Source: Scenedesmus sp. PABB004 (lineage: Eukaryota). From it: 64,000 nucleotides of DNA. Within the stretch, counting starts at the first letter, position 1. Each line of letters starts with the position of its first letter. Positions 9,992 to 22,121 of this stretch are shown one piece after another. The position numbers were made by a program, and so were the translations under genes. Location: assembly GCA_014905635.1 (NCBI GenBank), contig JABVCE010000008.1:124001-188000 (forward strand), in the 5' to 3' direction. A model generated the notes under the pieces. That model made no database searches. It was not told the DNA's origin and saw nothing but the letters and a program-made list of their open reading frames with translations.

Positions 9992-12900
9992 TCACGCGCC
10001 CGCCGGCTGCTCCTGGCTCAGGCCCTGGCGATAGAGCAGCGGGTACGGCGTGGTGGCTGCGACCAATTTGATGACGCCCGCCTGGCCGCCCCGCCCGGTG
10101 TCCGGGCTCAGCGGCGTCGCCTCGCCGCCGCCCGGCCGCGGCGCGCCAGCCGCGCCGGCGCCGGCGGCGCCGGGCTTGGCGGCGCCGGCGCCGCGCGGCG
10201 CGTGCGCCGGCTGCGCGGCGATCAGCACGTCGCCGGGCGAGGCCCCGAGCGCCGAGCTGCCCAGGCTGCTGCCGTCGACGCCGCTGCCCTGGTGCGCGAG
10301 GCCCCGGCGCCGGGCAGCAGGTGCCGCACGCCGGGCGGCGCGCCGGCCGCCGCGGAGCTGCCGCCGCTGCTCTCCGCGCGGCCGGCGCCGACCGCGCGTT
10401 TGACGCCGAGCGCGCCGAGCGTCTCCGGCGTGGCCAGCAGCGCCTGCAGCCCGCCGCCGCCCGCGCGCTGCAGCAGCTGCTGCAGCAGCTGGCCGTGCGG
10501 CGCGCCCGGCGCCTTGGCGCCGCCGCCGGCGGCCGCGGCCAGCGGGCCGAACAGCGGAGACGGCTCGCCCGCAAGGCCGGCCGCCTCGCCCGGGGCGAGT
10601 CCTCGCCGCCGCCGCTGCCCCACGGCCGCCGCCCGCAGCCGCCGCGCGGTCCGCCACGGGCAGCGGGCTCGCCGCGTCGTCCAGCGTGGCCGCCGCGCCC
10701 GCGCCGCTGCGCTCGTCGCCGCCGGCGTCGCCCGCCGCGCTGACCGCCGCGGCCGGCAGCAGCGCGCTCGCCAGGGCGCGGTGCAGCGCAGACATGCCCC
10801 CCGGCTGCGAGCGCTGCGCCACGGCCGGGCTGGCCTGCGTGCTCGCGCGCGCGAGGCGGTGCTTGGCTGCCGCCGCGTCGCCCGCGGCGCCGCGGCTGCC
10901 CTGGTCATACGCCGCGCTGCCGCTGGCCTGGCCGCCGCCGCCGTGCGCCCCACGCGCCGCGTCGTCGCCCTGCCACTGCTGCCACTGCAGGCGCTCCTGC
11001 TGCGAGCTGCCGCCGCCGTCGCCGGCGCCAGGGCTCGCGGGCGCCCGGCTCCCGCGCCTGCTGTGCGCCTGCTGCCCGCCGGGGCTGCCCTCATCGCACG
11101 GCTCCGGCTCGGCCGCGCCGCCCTGCGCCACGGTGCCCTCGGAGCCCTGGCCACCGAGCAGCTGCGGCTGGCGCATCGGCTGCGCCGCGGCGGCGGCCGC
11201 CGCCGCGCTGCTGCGGTGGTGGCCGCGGCGCCGCGCGGAGCCGGTGAAGGGCAGCGAGGGGCTGCGGCTGGTGTCGAGGCTCGCCAGCGCCTCGGCCGCC
11301 AGCGCCTCGGCGTCGCTCTCAGCCTCGGCCTCCGCCGCGCCGGCCGCCGCCGAAGCCGTCACTGCCGCGGCCGCCGCAGCCGCGGTGGTCGCCGCCGGGC
11401 TGCGCACCACGCCCAGCAGCCGCGCGAGCTTGGGCGACTGGCCGAAGCGCCCCACGCTGGCGGGAGACTTCTGGAACAGCGGCAGGGGCTCGCCGTAGCC
11501 GCCGTGGCCCTGGCCCAGCGCGGCGCCCGTGCCGCCGGCCGACGGCGGCATGAACACGCCCAGCCCGCCCCAGTCCAGGCCGTCGGCGCCGAGGCCGAGC
11601 CCCAGGCCCGCGACCTGGCTGCCGCTGGGCGGCGCGCGCGGCGTGCTGCCCGGCACGCCGCTGCCGGGGCGGCCGCGGCCGGGCCCCGCCGCAAGCGCAG
11701 GGCTCAGCTGGTCCAGCGCCTGCAGCCCAAACTGGTCTTGCGCCAGCGCGCCCTCGTCGCCGCCCGGCGGCTGCGCCTGCCACTGCTGCCACTGCTGCCA
11801 CGCCTGCCGCGACCACTGCTGCTCCGCGGGCGGCGGCGCCTGCTGCTGCGCCGGCGCTCGCCGCCGCTTGCCCGCCCGCCGGCCGCCGCCGCGCCACGCG
11901 TCGCCGTCGCTGTCCGATGGCGCATCTGCGCCGTCGCCGCCGGCCCCCTCCTCCTCGCCCTCCTCCTCCCACTCCTCGCGCGCCCGCTGCCGCTTGCGCG
12001 CCGGCTGCTTGGCCGCGCGGCCGCCGCCGCGCGGGCGCTGCGCGCTCGCCGTCGTCGCCGTCGCCGTCGCCGCCGCCGCTGCGGCCGCGACGGCGCCGTC
12101 TGTCGGGCGGGCGGGCGACGCGTGCCGCGCGGGCTCAGCCGCGGCCGAGCGCCGCGCGGCGCGCGCAGCGCCGCGGCCCAGCGCGCCGCGCCGCCGTCAC
12201 CGCCGCGCGCTCACCGCGCGCCCCGCCGCCGCGCAGCACGTGGTCGAACTCGCCCGCCTCCACGCGGCGGCGCAGCGTGGAGTGCCAGTGGTTCTTGATG
12301 GCGTTGTCGGTGCGCCCCGGCATCGCGCGCGCGAGCGCCGCCCACTGGTTGCCCAGCTCCGCGTGCAGCGCGACCAGGCGCTCGTCCTCCGCCGCGCCCC
12401 ACTCGGCGCGGTTGATGCCAGGGTCGAGGTGGTTCACCCACCTGGGCGGCCGAGGAGGGTGGCAGCGCGCACGGCCGCGTGGCGGCGTGGGAGCGCGCGG
12501 GCGCCCAGCTCGGCGCGCGCCGCGCTGCGGGGAGGCGGCGGGGAGGCGGCGGCTGCGGCGGCGCACCGCTCGCGGCACTGCTTGCCGATGCGGCCCGGCA
12601 GGTGCGACGCGATGAGGGACCACTTGCTCGCGCCGTGCTCGGCCACCAGCTCGACGATGCGCGCGTCCTCCTGCGAGCGGCGGCGCGTGGGCGCGCCGCG
12701 CCGGGGGGGGGGGGGGGGGCGCGCCCGCCCCGCCCGCTCCTCCCCGCGCCGCGGCCGCCGCCGCACCTGCTTCGTCCACTTGCCCTTGACGAGCGAGGGG
12801 TTGAGCACCTTCTGCCAGCGGTGCAGGCACTGCACGTCCGAACGACCCGGCAGGTACTCGGCTGCGGCCGGGCGGCGCGGCGGGGGCCAGGCGTGAGAGG

Positions 12901-13349
12901 GCGCCGCCGCGCATCGCCGCCGCGAGGCTGCCCGCCGCGACTGCCCGCCGGCGCGCGGCCGCGATCCAGCCGCTGCAGGAGCGCCTTCGTCTGCGCCTCT
13001 CCGCGTCGCCGCGCGCCGCACCGATCCGCTTCCAGTTCTTGGAGTTGTGGTGCGCCACCGCGCGGCGCAGGATCTCGTCCTCCTGCGGCGGGGCGGCGTC
13101 GGTGGTGGCGGCGCGGCTCGAAACCGGCGCGGCGCGCGTGGCTGCGGCGCGCCGGTCGGCGCGCTGCCGGCGGGCGCGCACCTCGTCCGTCCACTTGCCC
13201 TTGCTGCTGCGCCGGGCGGGGCAGCCCACGCTCCTGCGGCGCGCGGCGGCGGCGGCGACAGCAGCGGCGGCGCCGCTGTTTGAGCGGCGCGCCGGCTGCC
13301 GCTCTCGACGCCGGCTGCCCGCTCTGACGATGCTGGGAGAGCGGGCCAT
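9992..13349 (-). CDS. MYB3R: Three-repeat MYB (R1R2R3 / MYB3R) transcription factor
   Basis: Repeats [76 protein letters not shown]. Start (13349 vs 13415) and 3' exon structure uncertain. Confidence 0.88.
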
Positions 13350-13862
13350 CTGCGAGACGCTGTCGAGAACGCCCAGCCGCCCGCAGGCGAGCGTTTGCCG
13401 CTGAGCGCGCGCCATCTGCTTCGAGCGCTTCGACGCTGGGCGCCTCCCGGCGGTCAGCAGCCGGGCCAGCGCCCCGCGCTGGCTCACCCGTCCACTGGGG
13501 GCAGCTCCTCAAGCCCCGCCTGCGCTGCCCCCCGGCGCGCCATCGGGGCGAGCAGCTCACGGGCCCCACGGCATCCTGCTGCGGTCGGGCGGTGGCCCAG
13601 CACCAGCACCGTGCGCTGCTGATGCCACGCCCGAACCAGGCGAGCAGCTGCGGGCGGCGGCGCGGCAGGCAGCAGGCGGCGCGCGGCGGCGGCGCGGTCC
13701 GCGCTGCTGCTCGCGCGCGGGGCGTTTCGTCCCCTGCAGAGGCTGCGGCTTGCTGGCTGGTCTCTGCGGCCTGGCGGCCCCACGCCACGCCCCGGCCGCG
13801 CGGCTGCGGCGGCCTGCGTGGGAACCGCCGCCCTGCGCTTCAGGCCGCGGCGGCGCTCGCGC

Positions 13863-16322
13863 TTACTCGGCGCCGAGCCGCGCCCGCTGCTTCGCGCGCA
13901 TGCGGTACACGTCGCGCCCCGGGCCGCCGAGGCCGCCGAGGCCGCCGTCGTCGTCGTCCTCGAGCTCCCGCTTCACGCCGCCGCCGCCGCCCCCGCTGGC
14001 GGGGTCGCCCGGCGCGCCCTCGCCCGGCCACGCGTCGGCCATGCCCAGCAGCGCGTCGACCAGGGTGGCGAGGTCCGGCAGCGGGCCGTCCAGGTAGTCG
14101 TGGTGGGGCAGGCAGGAGAGGAAGCGGTCCAGCGGCGGCGGCAGCAGCCCGCCCGGCGGCGGCCCGCCGCGCGGCGGCGCGTGCAGGTCGTGCGGCGCGC
14201 CGCGCCGCACCATCGGCGGCGGCGGCGAGCGCTCGCGCTCGTCCCAGTCGCGCGGCGGCGAGCGCGGCCCGCCGCGGTCGCCGTCGCTCGGCCGCTCGCC
14301 GCGGCGCGCGCCGCGCTCAAAGCCCGGCGGCGGCGGGCCGCGGCCGAGCAGGTGCGCGACGTACGCCCGCGTCCCCGGCGGCAGCGGCCACGCGTCCAGG
14401 AACGTGTAGCGCAGCAGCAGCAGCTGCACGTTGCGCGCCGCGCTCGCGCCGCCGGCGTCGCCGAGCGCCTCGCGCGCGCGCTTCTCCAGGCGCAGCGCGG
14501 CGCCGAGGTCGCCCATCTCGAATTCAAACGCCAGGTAGCGCTCCCACAGCGCGGCGCTGCGGCGGTTGGCGTCCTCCGTCAGCACGCGCTCAAACAGCGC
14601 GCGCGCGTTGTCGACGTCGCCCACGTCTGCGGCGCGCGCGGCGCGCGGGCAGGGCGGCGCGCGCGTGTGGGCGGCGCGCGCGGGCGGGCGGCGCGTGGGC
14701 GCGCGCGCGCGGAGCGTGCCGCGCCGCAGAGAGGAGGGCTCCTCGCCCCGCCGCTGCGCCGCCGCCGCCGCAGGCTTAACCCCGCCGTGCTCTCACCGCA
14801 GAGGAAGCGCGCGTACTCGAGCACATACTCTGGCGTGACCGCAAACTCGGGGACCTCGAGCCCCTTTTCAAAGATCTTGCGCGCGACGTCGCGCTCGCGC
14901 GCGGCGCGCCACTCCATGAGCGCCGCCGCGACGTAGACCTGCCAGGGGCAGCGCGGCGCCTTTTTGGCGCGGATGAACATCTGGCGGCGCGGGGGGGGGG
15001 GGGGGGCACAGGGCACAGCGGAGGCGGCGGAGCGTGAGGCGTGGGGTGGGGCATGGGGCACGGCGCAGGGAAGGGGGAGGGGGCAGGCCGGCGGGCGGCG
15101 TGCGAGCGAGCGGCGGCGCGCGACGCGGGCGGCGGCGACCGGCGCGGCGCGCGCACCTTGCGGCTGGCCAGCACGCTCTCCGCGCGCCGCGCGAAGCGCA
15201 TGTACTGCACCCACACCAGCGCCGCCTGGTCCGACGGCAGGTCGGCGACCGGCCCGCCCGCCGGCGCCGGCGCCGGCGGCGGCTCGGCGCCGGGCTGCTG
15301 CGGCGGCGGCGGCGGCGCCGCGCCCGGCGGCGGCTCCAGCTGCTTGACGAGGCACTCGTACACCTGGCGGCGCAGCGCGCGCACAGCACGTGGGCTCAGC
15401 ATGCGCAGCACGCGCGGCGCCGTGCCCGTGACAGTGCCGCTGGGGCGTCGCGCCGCGCCGCTCCGTCCGTGGGCACGCGCACCTCCTTTGCGGCGGCGAC
15501 GTTGCCCTGCGCCTCCTGCAGGTCTGCGAGCGCGAAGTGCAGCAGCAGGCAGTCCGGCAGCGCCGACACGCCGCGCAGCAGCACCGCGGTCGCCTGGTCC
15601 ACGCCCTTGCCCGCGTCGGCGTGCCAGCGAGCAAAGTCATACCAGACCTGCCGGAAAGTGTCGAGCAGGCCGCGGCGGCGGCCGGCACGGCGGGTGGGCA
15701 GCCGGCACGGCGGGTGGGCAGCCGGCACGGCGGGTGGGCAGCCGGCGCAGCCGCCACCGGCGCGACCAGGCGCCGCGCTGCGTCGCCGCCCCGCGGCGCC
15801 CGCGCTCGCCTCTGGGAAGTGCAGCAGGCACATGGTCGCCTGCTGGTACGCGAGCTCGACGCGCTGCAGCAGCGCGGCGCCCTCGAGGCGCTGCGGGTTG
15901 GAGCGCTCGTACTCGACAAAGCCCTTCCACGCCTTGACCTGCTCCGCCTGCCCCGGCCCGCCCTTGCCTGCGGCGGACGCGGACGACGCGGCGCCGGCGT
16001 CGGCGGCCGTGACGACGGTGCGGGCGCGGCGGCGCGAGCGAGCGAGCGCGGCGCGACCCGCGACCCGCCCGCGCCGCCGCGCACCCGGCGGCAGCGGCAT
16101 CGCGGCGGTGTCGATGCCCTCGAGCTTGCGCTTGCGTTCGCGGTACGCCATGCGCGCGGCCTGGAAGCGCGGGCGCTGCTCCGCGAGCAGCTTGGCCGCA
16201 AAGGCCTTGGCGCCCGCGCCCGCCGCCGCGGCGGCGCCCTCAAAGGCCTCGTAGTTCTTCCAGATGAGCTCCAGCGAGTGCGTGGGCACCACGATGGCGC
16301 GCTGGTAGTGCCTCCTGCGCCA

Positions 16323-16376
<54 letters not shown>

Positions 16377-17617
16377 CGCGAGCCAGCCAGGGCGCGGCGT
16401 GCACGGGCGCCGCTGGCGGCGGCGGGGCGGCGGGCGGGCGCGCGCCCCACGCCGGCGCGCCGCACCGCAGCGCCTCGGTCCGCGCGCGCTCCTGCTCGGC
16501 GGCCGAGCCGACCATCGCGCCCGGCGCCCACAGCGCGGCGTACGCGGGCGTGCCGGGCTTGGGGCCGGAGAGGAACGACAGGAACTCCTGCCACAGCGGG
16601 CCTGCGCGCGGGCGCGGGCGTCAGGGTGTCGGCGCCGCGGCCGCGCACGCGCCCGCGCCGCAGGGCGCCGCCGCCGCCGCGCGCGGCCCCGGGGCCGCGC
16701 GCCTCGGCCCCCTGGGTGCCGCACCCGCGTGGATGTCCTGGCCGATCGTGTTGAGCGTGAACTCGTAGGCCTGCTTGGTCTCCTGGATGCCCTCCGCGCC
16801 GCGCGGCTCGTTGCTCTGCGGCGGCCGGCGGCGGGCGGCGGCGTCGGCGCGCGGCGCGGCGCGGCGCTCCGGCGCGCGGGTCAGGCCGCCGAACGGGGGC
16901 GCCCCCGCTGGTTGACCAGGCCGGCGCCTATTAGGCCGCTGCCGATTGATTGATTGACATGATGAGACTGGACTAAGAGACTGAAAGGCTCTGGTTAACT
17001 GGTCACCTTTTTGATGAACTTGAGGTACATGAACCACAGGTCCACGCTGGGGCACTGCATCAGGCAGCGCCCAAACACGCCCTTGACCGCCTCGGCCTGC
17101 CCCGCCGCCATCTCCGCCTCGACGTAGCGCGACCACACCGCGACCTGCGCGCCGCGTGCGCGCGTCGGCGCGCGGGGGCGCGCCGCGCGGGGCCGCTGCG
17201 CGGGCGCGCCGCGGCCGCCGGGCGCCGAGCCGCGCGCGCCCGCCGCGGGCGCCGGCCGCCCCGCCCGCGCGCGCCGCGCCGCGCCGCACCGCGGTGGGGA
17301 AGGCGGCGACCAGCTCTTCGTACGCCGCGCGCGCCTCGTCGGCCATGGGCGAGCCGCGGAGGTCGTCCAGCATCTGCTTGATCGCCGCCACGTCGTACGC
17401 GTCTGCCCGCGCGGCGGCGCGCAGCGCCTGGGCCTGCGGCCCACGGTGGCGGCGGGAGGGGGAGGTGGGAGGTGGGAGGCGGGGGTGGACGGCAGGGATG
17501 CGGCGGCGCCGCCACGGGCCCGCCGCGCAGCCGCCGCGTCGATCATCTGCTGCTGCGGCCCTGCGCCCGGCGCCCGGCGGGCCGGCGCACCCGCGCCAGC
17601 AGCCCGTGGCCCGTCAT
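13863..17617 (-). CDS. CSTF77: Cleavage stimulation factor 77 kDa subunit (Suf/HAT repeats)
   Basis: FGRCLMQCPSVDLWFMYLKFIK, YQRAIVVPTH, YERSNPQ, VARKIFEKGL, NARALFERVL and C-terminal DVYRMRAKQR. First exon 17617-17591 inferred. Confidence 0.92.
15681..15746. repeat. Intronic 20-nt tandem repeat (GCCGGCACGGCGGGTGGGCA) x3
   Basis: Three exact copies plus a partial copy, inside a CstF77 intron. Confidence 0.9.
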
Positions 17618-18077
17618 GGCGGCGTGCGATGAGCTCGCCACGCGCCCAGGCCCCTCACAGCATCGCCGGCGGCGCCGAGCGCGGCGTGCCGAGCAGCGGC
17701 GGCGGGGGCGGCAGCGCGGTGCAGGAGGCGCGGCGTGCGGCTGGAGGGCTGTACCCACGGTTCTGATGCGCTCGGCCGTCCCGCGCCGGCATGCCAACCA
17801 GCGAGTGCGCTGAGCCGCGAGGGCGCAGCGGCAGGCCGCCGCCGGCACCCCGTCGACCCCCGTCCCGCGCGCGCCCGCTGTGGTCAGAGAGACCATCGAG
17901 CTTGCTCTCACACGCGCGGCCCGAACCTCAGCGGCGAGCGGGCGCGGCGCGGCGGCGCCAGCTCGCCGTCGAACGCGCGCCGTCCACGCCTCGCCGCCGC
18001 CGCGGGCGCCGTGCGCGCAGCGGCGGCGGCCCGCACGCGCCCAGCGCCCTGCCGCCGCCCGTACGCACACGCCCCGC

Positions 18078-21000
18078 ATGGCCCTGGCGGCGGTGCGCAG
18101 CGACCGCGGGGCAGCGGCAGCGGCGGCGGCAGCGGCGGCGGGGGCAGCGGCGGGGGCGGCGGCGGCGGCGGCGCAGGGGCGGCGGCGGCGGCGGCGCGTG
18201 CGCATCCACGCCGCCGCGTCGGCGGCGTTTGCGCCGCGCGCGCTCGACGCGGCCTCGCGCGCCGCTCTGCTCGAGCACCTCGACGCGCTCGCGCCGCCGC
18301 GCGGCGGCGCCACCCCGCTCGCGCCTGTCGTGGGCGCGCTGCTGCCAGTAGTGAGCGCGCCCGTGCTGGGCGCGGCGCCGCCGGGCGCGCTGCTGGCAGC
18401 CCTGCGGCTCGTGCACTGGGCCGGCGCGGAGCCGGGCCGCGCCTGGCTCGACGCGTGGGCAGCGGCCGTGCGCGGCGCGCGCCTCGGCGGCGACGTCGCC
18501 GCGCGGCTGCTCGCTGAGGCGCTGCGCGTGCGGCAGCCGCTGCTGCCCGCGGGGCTGCTGGACGCGCTGCTGGACGCGGTGCACCAGGACGTGGCGGGCT
18601 GCGCCAGCGAGAGCCTCGCGGCCGCGCTTGCCGCGGTCGCGGCGGCCGACCTGCGCGCCGGGAGCGACACTGGCGGCGACGGCCTGGGCGCGCTCGCGGC
18701 GGCGCGCGCGGCGACTGCGGCGGCGGCGGCGGGCAGCGCGCTCAGCAGTGGCGGCGGCGGCGGGGGGCGCGGCGCAGCGGCCGTCGCGGCGGCGGCGGCG
18801 CCGCCGAGTGCCGACAGCTTTTCCGGCCTCGTTGCCGGCCTGCCAGGCGGCGGCGGCGGCGGCGGCGATGGCAGCGGCGGCCAGCGCGCGGCGTCGCCTG
18901 TCGGGCCGCTGAGCAGCCGCGAGGAGCTGGCGGACGCGGCGGCGGCGGCGGAGGCCCGGCAGCAGGGCCCGGCCGCAGACGCGGGCGCGGAGCCCTGGTC
19001 ACCCTGGCGGAGCAGCGGCGGCAGGCCTGGCAGCCCAGCGCCCGGCGCGGCGGCCAGCGTCAACACGGCGGCCTGGATGGCAGGCCGGCCGGCCGCCGGG
19101 CCGCCGGCGAGCCCCCAGCTGGCGTCGAGCGGCACACAGCTGCTGCCAGTGGTGCTGGCTGCGGCGGTGGCCGAGCTCGGCGGCCCCGGCCGCCTCGCCG
19201 CGCTGTCGCCCACGCAGCTGGCGGCCGTGGCGGCCGCGGTCGCGGCCCTGCAGCTGCCCGTGCCGGCGGGCTGGCTGGACCACCTGGTGGAGGCGCTGCA
19301 GGCGCAGCTGCCGCGGCTCCCACCGCCGGCCCTCGCCAGCCTGGCAAACAGCCTGCCGCTGCTGATGCCGGTGGGCGGCACGCTCCGCCTCTGGCGCCAG
19401 CTGGCAGCGCTGGTGACGGAGCAGGTGCGGGGGGCGGCACCGCGAGTGGCGGCGAGCCGCGGCTGCGGCTGGCGCAGCCGCCGTCCCGACCCCGCCCGTC
19501 GTCGCGCCGCACACAGAGCGCGGCGCTGTCCCCCGCGCAGCTGTGTGAGGTGCTCCCGCTGGTCGAGTCGGCAGACCTCGCCGTGCCGGTGGAGTGGCTG
19601 CAGGCCGTGCTGGCGCGCGTCGAGGTGCGCGGCCCGGCGCGGCGCCAGCGGCTGCGCTCCCGCCTCGAGCGACGCTGACCCCGGCCGCGGCGAGCAGGCG
19701 TCCATGGGGTCTGTCACCCTCACCCAGGCCTCCCGCGCGCTCGTGTCGGCCGTCGCGCTAGGCTGCGCCCCGCCGCCGCCGTGGACGGCCGCGTTTCTGG
19801 CTCGCCTCGCGGGCGGCGTGGCGGAGCTGAGCTCGGAGGGCCTCGTCGGCGTGCTGCGCGCGCTGTCGGCAGCGGGCACGCTACCCAGCCACGACTGGCT
19901 CACCGCGCTCGAGGACAGCACGGGCCGCCGGTGCGGCGCGCGCCGCCCACGGGCGCCGCCCACGTGCGCACGCTCTTCTTTTCCCCCTCACGCCCTGCGC
20001 CCGCCCGACCGCGCCCCGTATTCTGCGGGCAGGTTCGGCTTCATCGGTCCCGTAGAGCTCAGCGCCACCGCATTTCTGTTCAGCAACGTCGGCCATGCCC
20101 CCTCGTCGGCCTGGCGCGCCGGCTGGGCGCGGGAGGCGGCCAAGTTTAGTGCCTACCTCACCGGCCCCGCGCTCTGCCAGGTCGTGTGGAGCGCGGTGCG
20201 GCTCGGCGTGGAGCCCGACGAGGTGTGGCTCGTGGCGTTCGTCGACCAGGCGCGCGGCGTGGCGCGGCGCGGCGCGGCGCGGCGCGGCGCGGCGCGGCGC
20301 GGCGCGGCGCGCGTGCTGACGCACGCACGTTCGTCGGCCAGCCGGCGCCGCGCGCCGGCCGCCGCGCCCGCCTGCCGCAAAACCGTGCACGCGCCGCACG
20401 CGCTGCGCGCCGCAGATGAAACAGCAAGTGTCGCACCTCGCGCCCTACGAGCTCGCCTTCACCCTCGCCGCGCTGCAGAAGCTCGGCGCCGGGCTTGGGG
20501 CGCGGCTCGACCCGGAGCTCGTGGACGGCGCGGTCGGGGCGTTCGCGGCCGCGCTGCGGAGCACGCCCGCGGCGCCGAGCGACACGGCGCTGCTGCTGGT
20601 CACGCTCGCGCGCGCGGGCGCGGTGCCGAGCATAGAGCCCGTGGAGGTCATCCTGGACGCCGCGCAGGTGCCTGGGGGGCGAGCGAGGGCCAGCCCTGGG
20701 GCAAGCGAGGGGCGGTCGGCGGCCCTCTGCCCCCTCGGCGGCTGCCCGCGCGCTGCGCGCCGCGCTCCCGCGCGCCGCCCACGGGCGCCGCCGCCGCCGC
20801 CGCCGCGACACCCCTGGAGGCGCGCATGCTCAGCTATGACGGCCAGGCGCTCGTCACGCTTCTCTGGAGCCTGGCGACGCTGCACCACCAGCCGTCGCCC
20901 GAGTTTCTGGCCATTTTCGCAGAGGCCGCTGAGGCGGAGCTGCCGGGCCTCACCGGCGCGCAGCTCAGCGAGCTGATGTGGGCCTGCGCGCAGCTGCGCT

Positions 21001-22121
21001 GGACGCCGCCGCCGGCCTTCCTCGACGCGCTGCTGGCGCGGGTGAGGGCGCGCGCCGCGCCGGCGCCAGCGCGGCGTGCCGCCCCGCGCTCTCACGCCCC
21101 ACGCGCCGACGCCCCGCGCTCTCACGCGCCCCGCGGCCGTCCGCAGTGCCAGGCGCGGCTCGCGGTGGCGGAGTTCACAGGCCGAGACGCTGCGAGCCTG
21201 CTGGCGTCGCTCGCCAAGCTCGAACACACGCCGCCGGAGCCCTTCCTGCACGCGCTGCTCAACCTCGTGCACTGGTGCGCGCCCCGCGCGCCGCGCCCGC
21301 CGCCCGGTCCGCTGGTCGTCCGCTGGTCGCGCGTGCGACGCGCCTGCCCGCCGCGCCGCGCCGCGCCGCGCCGCGCCGCGCCGCGCCGCGCCGCGCCGCG
21401 CCGCGCCGCCGCCAGGCGCCTGCCGACGCTCGACCCGGAGAGCATGGCGAGCGTGGCGGTGTCGCTGAGCCGCCTGCGCGTCGCCATCGCGCCGGGGCCG
21501 TGGCTGGACGCGTTTGTTTCGATGACCACCAGCCGCCTGTCAGGCATGGCCGCCGACAGCCTGGTCGGGCTCGTGACGGCGCTGGCCGGCTGGACGACCC
21601 CGCCGCGCGCGTGGGTCGGCGCGTTCAGCCTGGTCTGCATTCAGCAGGCCGAGGCTGGCGAGATGGGCGCGGAGCAGCTGGAGCAGGTGCGGCGGCGGGA
21701 AGCGCGGGCGCGCGCCGGCGCGCGGCCGCCGCGCTGCCCGCTCATGGCGTGCGCTCTCCGAGCGGCGCCGCGTGCCGCGGCGCTGCCGTCGCAGGTGCTG
21801 GTCGCGCTGGGGTGTCGCGGCTGCGCGCTGTCGGGCGCGCTCTGCCAGCTCTATTTCGACGGCAGCCGCGGCGCGCTCGAGCGCGGCGACGACGTCCCGC
21901 CGGCGCGCGTCGCGGGCGTGCTGCGCGCGCTGCAGGCCGCCGACGCGCAGCCCGATGTGGAGTGGCTGCGCGCTGCCGTAGGTGCGGTGCGTCGCGACCT
22001 CGAGCAGTACTCGCGCGACGAGCTGGCGGCTGTGTCGAGCGCTCTCGGCACGTTTGAGGCGGCCGGCCTGCGCGCGGCCTTCCTCAGCGACTTTGCCGCC
22101 TTCCTGCGCGAGTTCTTCTGA
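18078..22121 (+). CDS. Helical-repeat (OPR-like) organellar RNA-binding-type protein
   Basis: Degenerate repeats such as ALVTLLWSLATLHHQPSPEFL, QLSELMWACAQLRWTPPPAFLDALL, DAASLLASLAKLEHTPPEPFL. Multi-exon. Stop 22119-22121. Confidence 0.72.
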   Translation: MALAAVRSDRGAAAAAAAAAAGAAAGAAAAAAQGRRRRRRVRIHAAASAAFAPRALDAASRAALLEHLDALAPPRGGATPLAPVVGALLPVVSAPVLGAAPPGALLAALRLVHWAGAEPGRAWLDAWAAAVRGARLGGDVAARLLAEALRVRQPLLPAGLLDALLDAVHQDVAGCASESLAAALAAVAAADLRAGSDTGGDGLGALAAARAATAAAAAGSALSSGGGGGGRGAAAVAAAAAPPSADSFSGLVAGLPGGGGGGGDGSGGQRAASPVGPLSSREELADAAAAAEARQQGPAADAGAEPWSPWRSSGGRPGSPAPGAAASVNTAAWMAGRPAAGPPASPQLASSGTQLLPVVLAAAVAELGGPGRLAALSPTQLAAVAAAVAALQLPVPAGWLDHLVEALQAQLPRLPPPALASLANSLPLLMPVGGTLRLWRQLAALVTEQVRGAAPRVAASRGCGWRSRRPDPARRRAAHRARRCPPRSCVRCSRWSSRQTSPCRWSGCRPCWRASRCAARRGASGCAPASSDADPGRGEQASMGSVTLTQASRALVSAVALGCAPPPPWTAAFLARLAGGVAELSSEGLVGVLRALSAAGTLPSHDWLTALEDSTGRRCGARRPRAPPTCARSSFPPHALRPPDRAPYSAGRFGFIGPVELSATAFLFSNVGHAPSSAWRAGWAREAAKFSAYLTGPALCQVVWSAVRLGVEPDEVWLVAFVDQARGVARRGAARRGAARRGAARVLTHARSSASRRRAPAAAPACRKTVHAPHALRAADETASVAPRALRARLHPRRAAEARRRAWGAARPGARGRRGRGVRGRAAEHARGAERHGAAAGHARARGRGAEHRARGGHPGRRAGAWGASEGQPWGKRGAVGGPLPPRRLPARCAPRSRAPPTGAAAAAAATPLEARMLSYDGQALVTLLWSLATLHHQPSPEFLAIFAEAAEAELPGLTGAQLSELMWACAQLRWTPPPAFLDALLARVRARAAPAPARRAAPRSHAPRADAPRSHAPRGRPQCQARLAVAEFTGRDAASLLASLAKLEHTPPEPFLHALLNLVHWCAPRAPRPPPGPLVVRWSRVRRACPPRRAAPRRAAPRRAAPRRAAARRLPTLDPESMASVAVSLSRLRVAIAPGPWLDAFVSMTTSRLSGMAADSLVGLVTALAGWTTPPRAWVGAFSLVCIQQAEAGEMGAEQLEQVRRREARARAGARPPRCPLMACALRAAPRAAALPSQVLVALGCRGCALSGALCQLYFDGSRGALERGDDVPPARVAGVLRALQAADAQPDVEWLRAAVGAVRRDLEQYSRDELAAVSSALGTFEAAGLRAAFLSDFAAFLREFF

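Noticed and set aside
10280..10750. Apparent frameshifts in the MYB3R C-terminal region
   Set aside because: Plausible GT-AG introns can explain the frame changes. A pseudogene or recoding claim would need transcripts.
16968..16985. ATGATGA...CTGA resembling a C/D-box snoRNA
   Set aside because: The boxes are only about 15 nt apart and lie antisense to the host gene.
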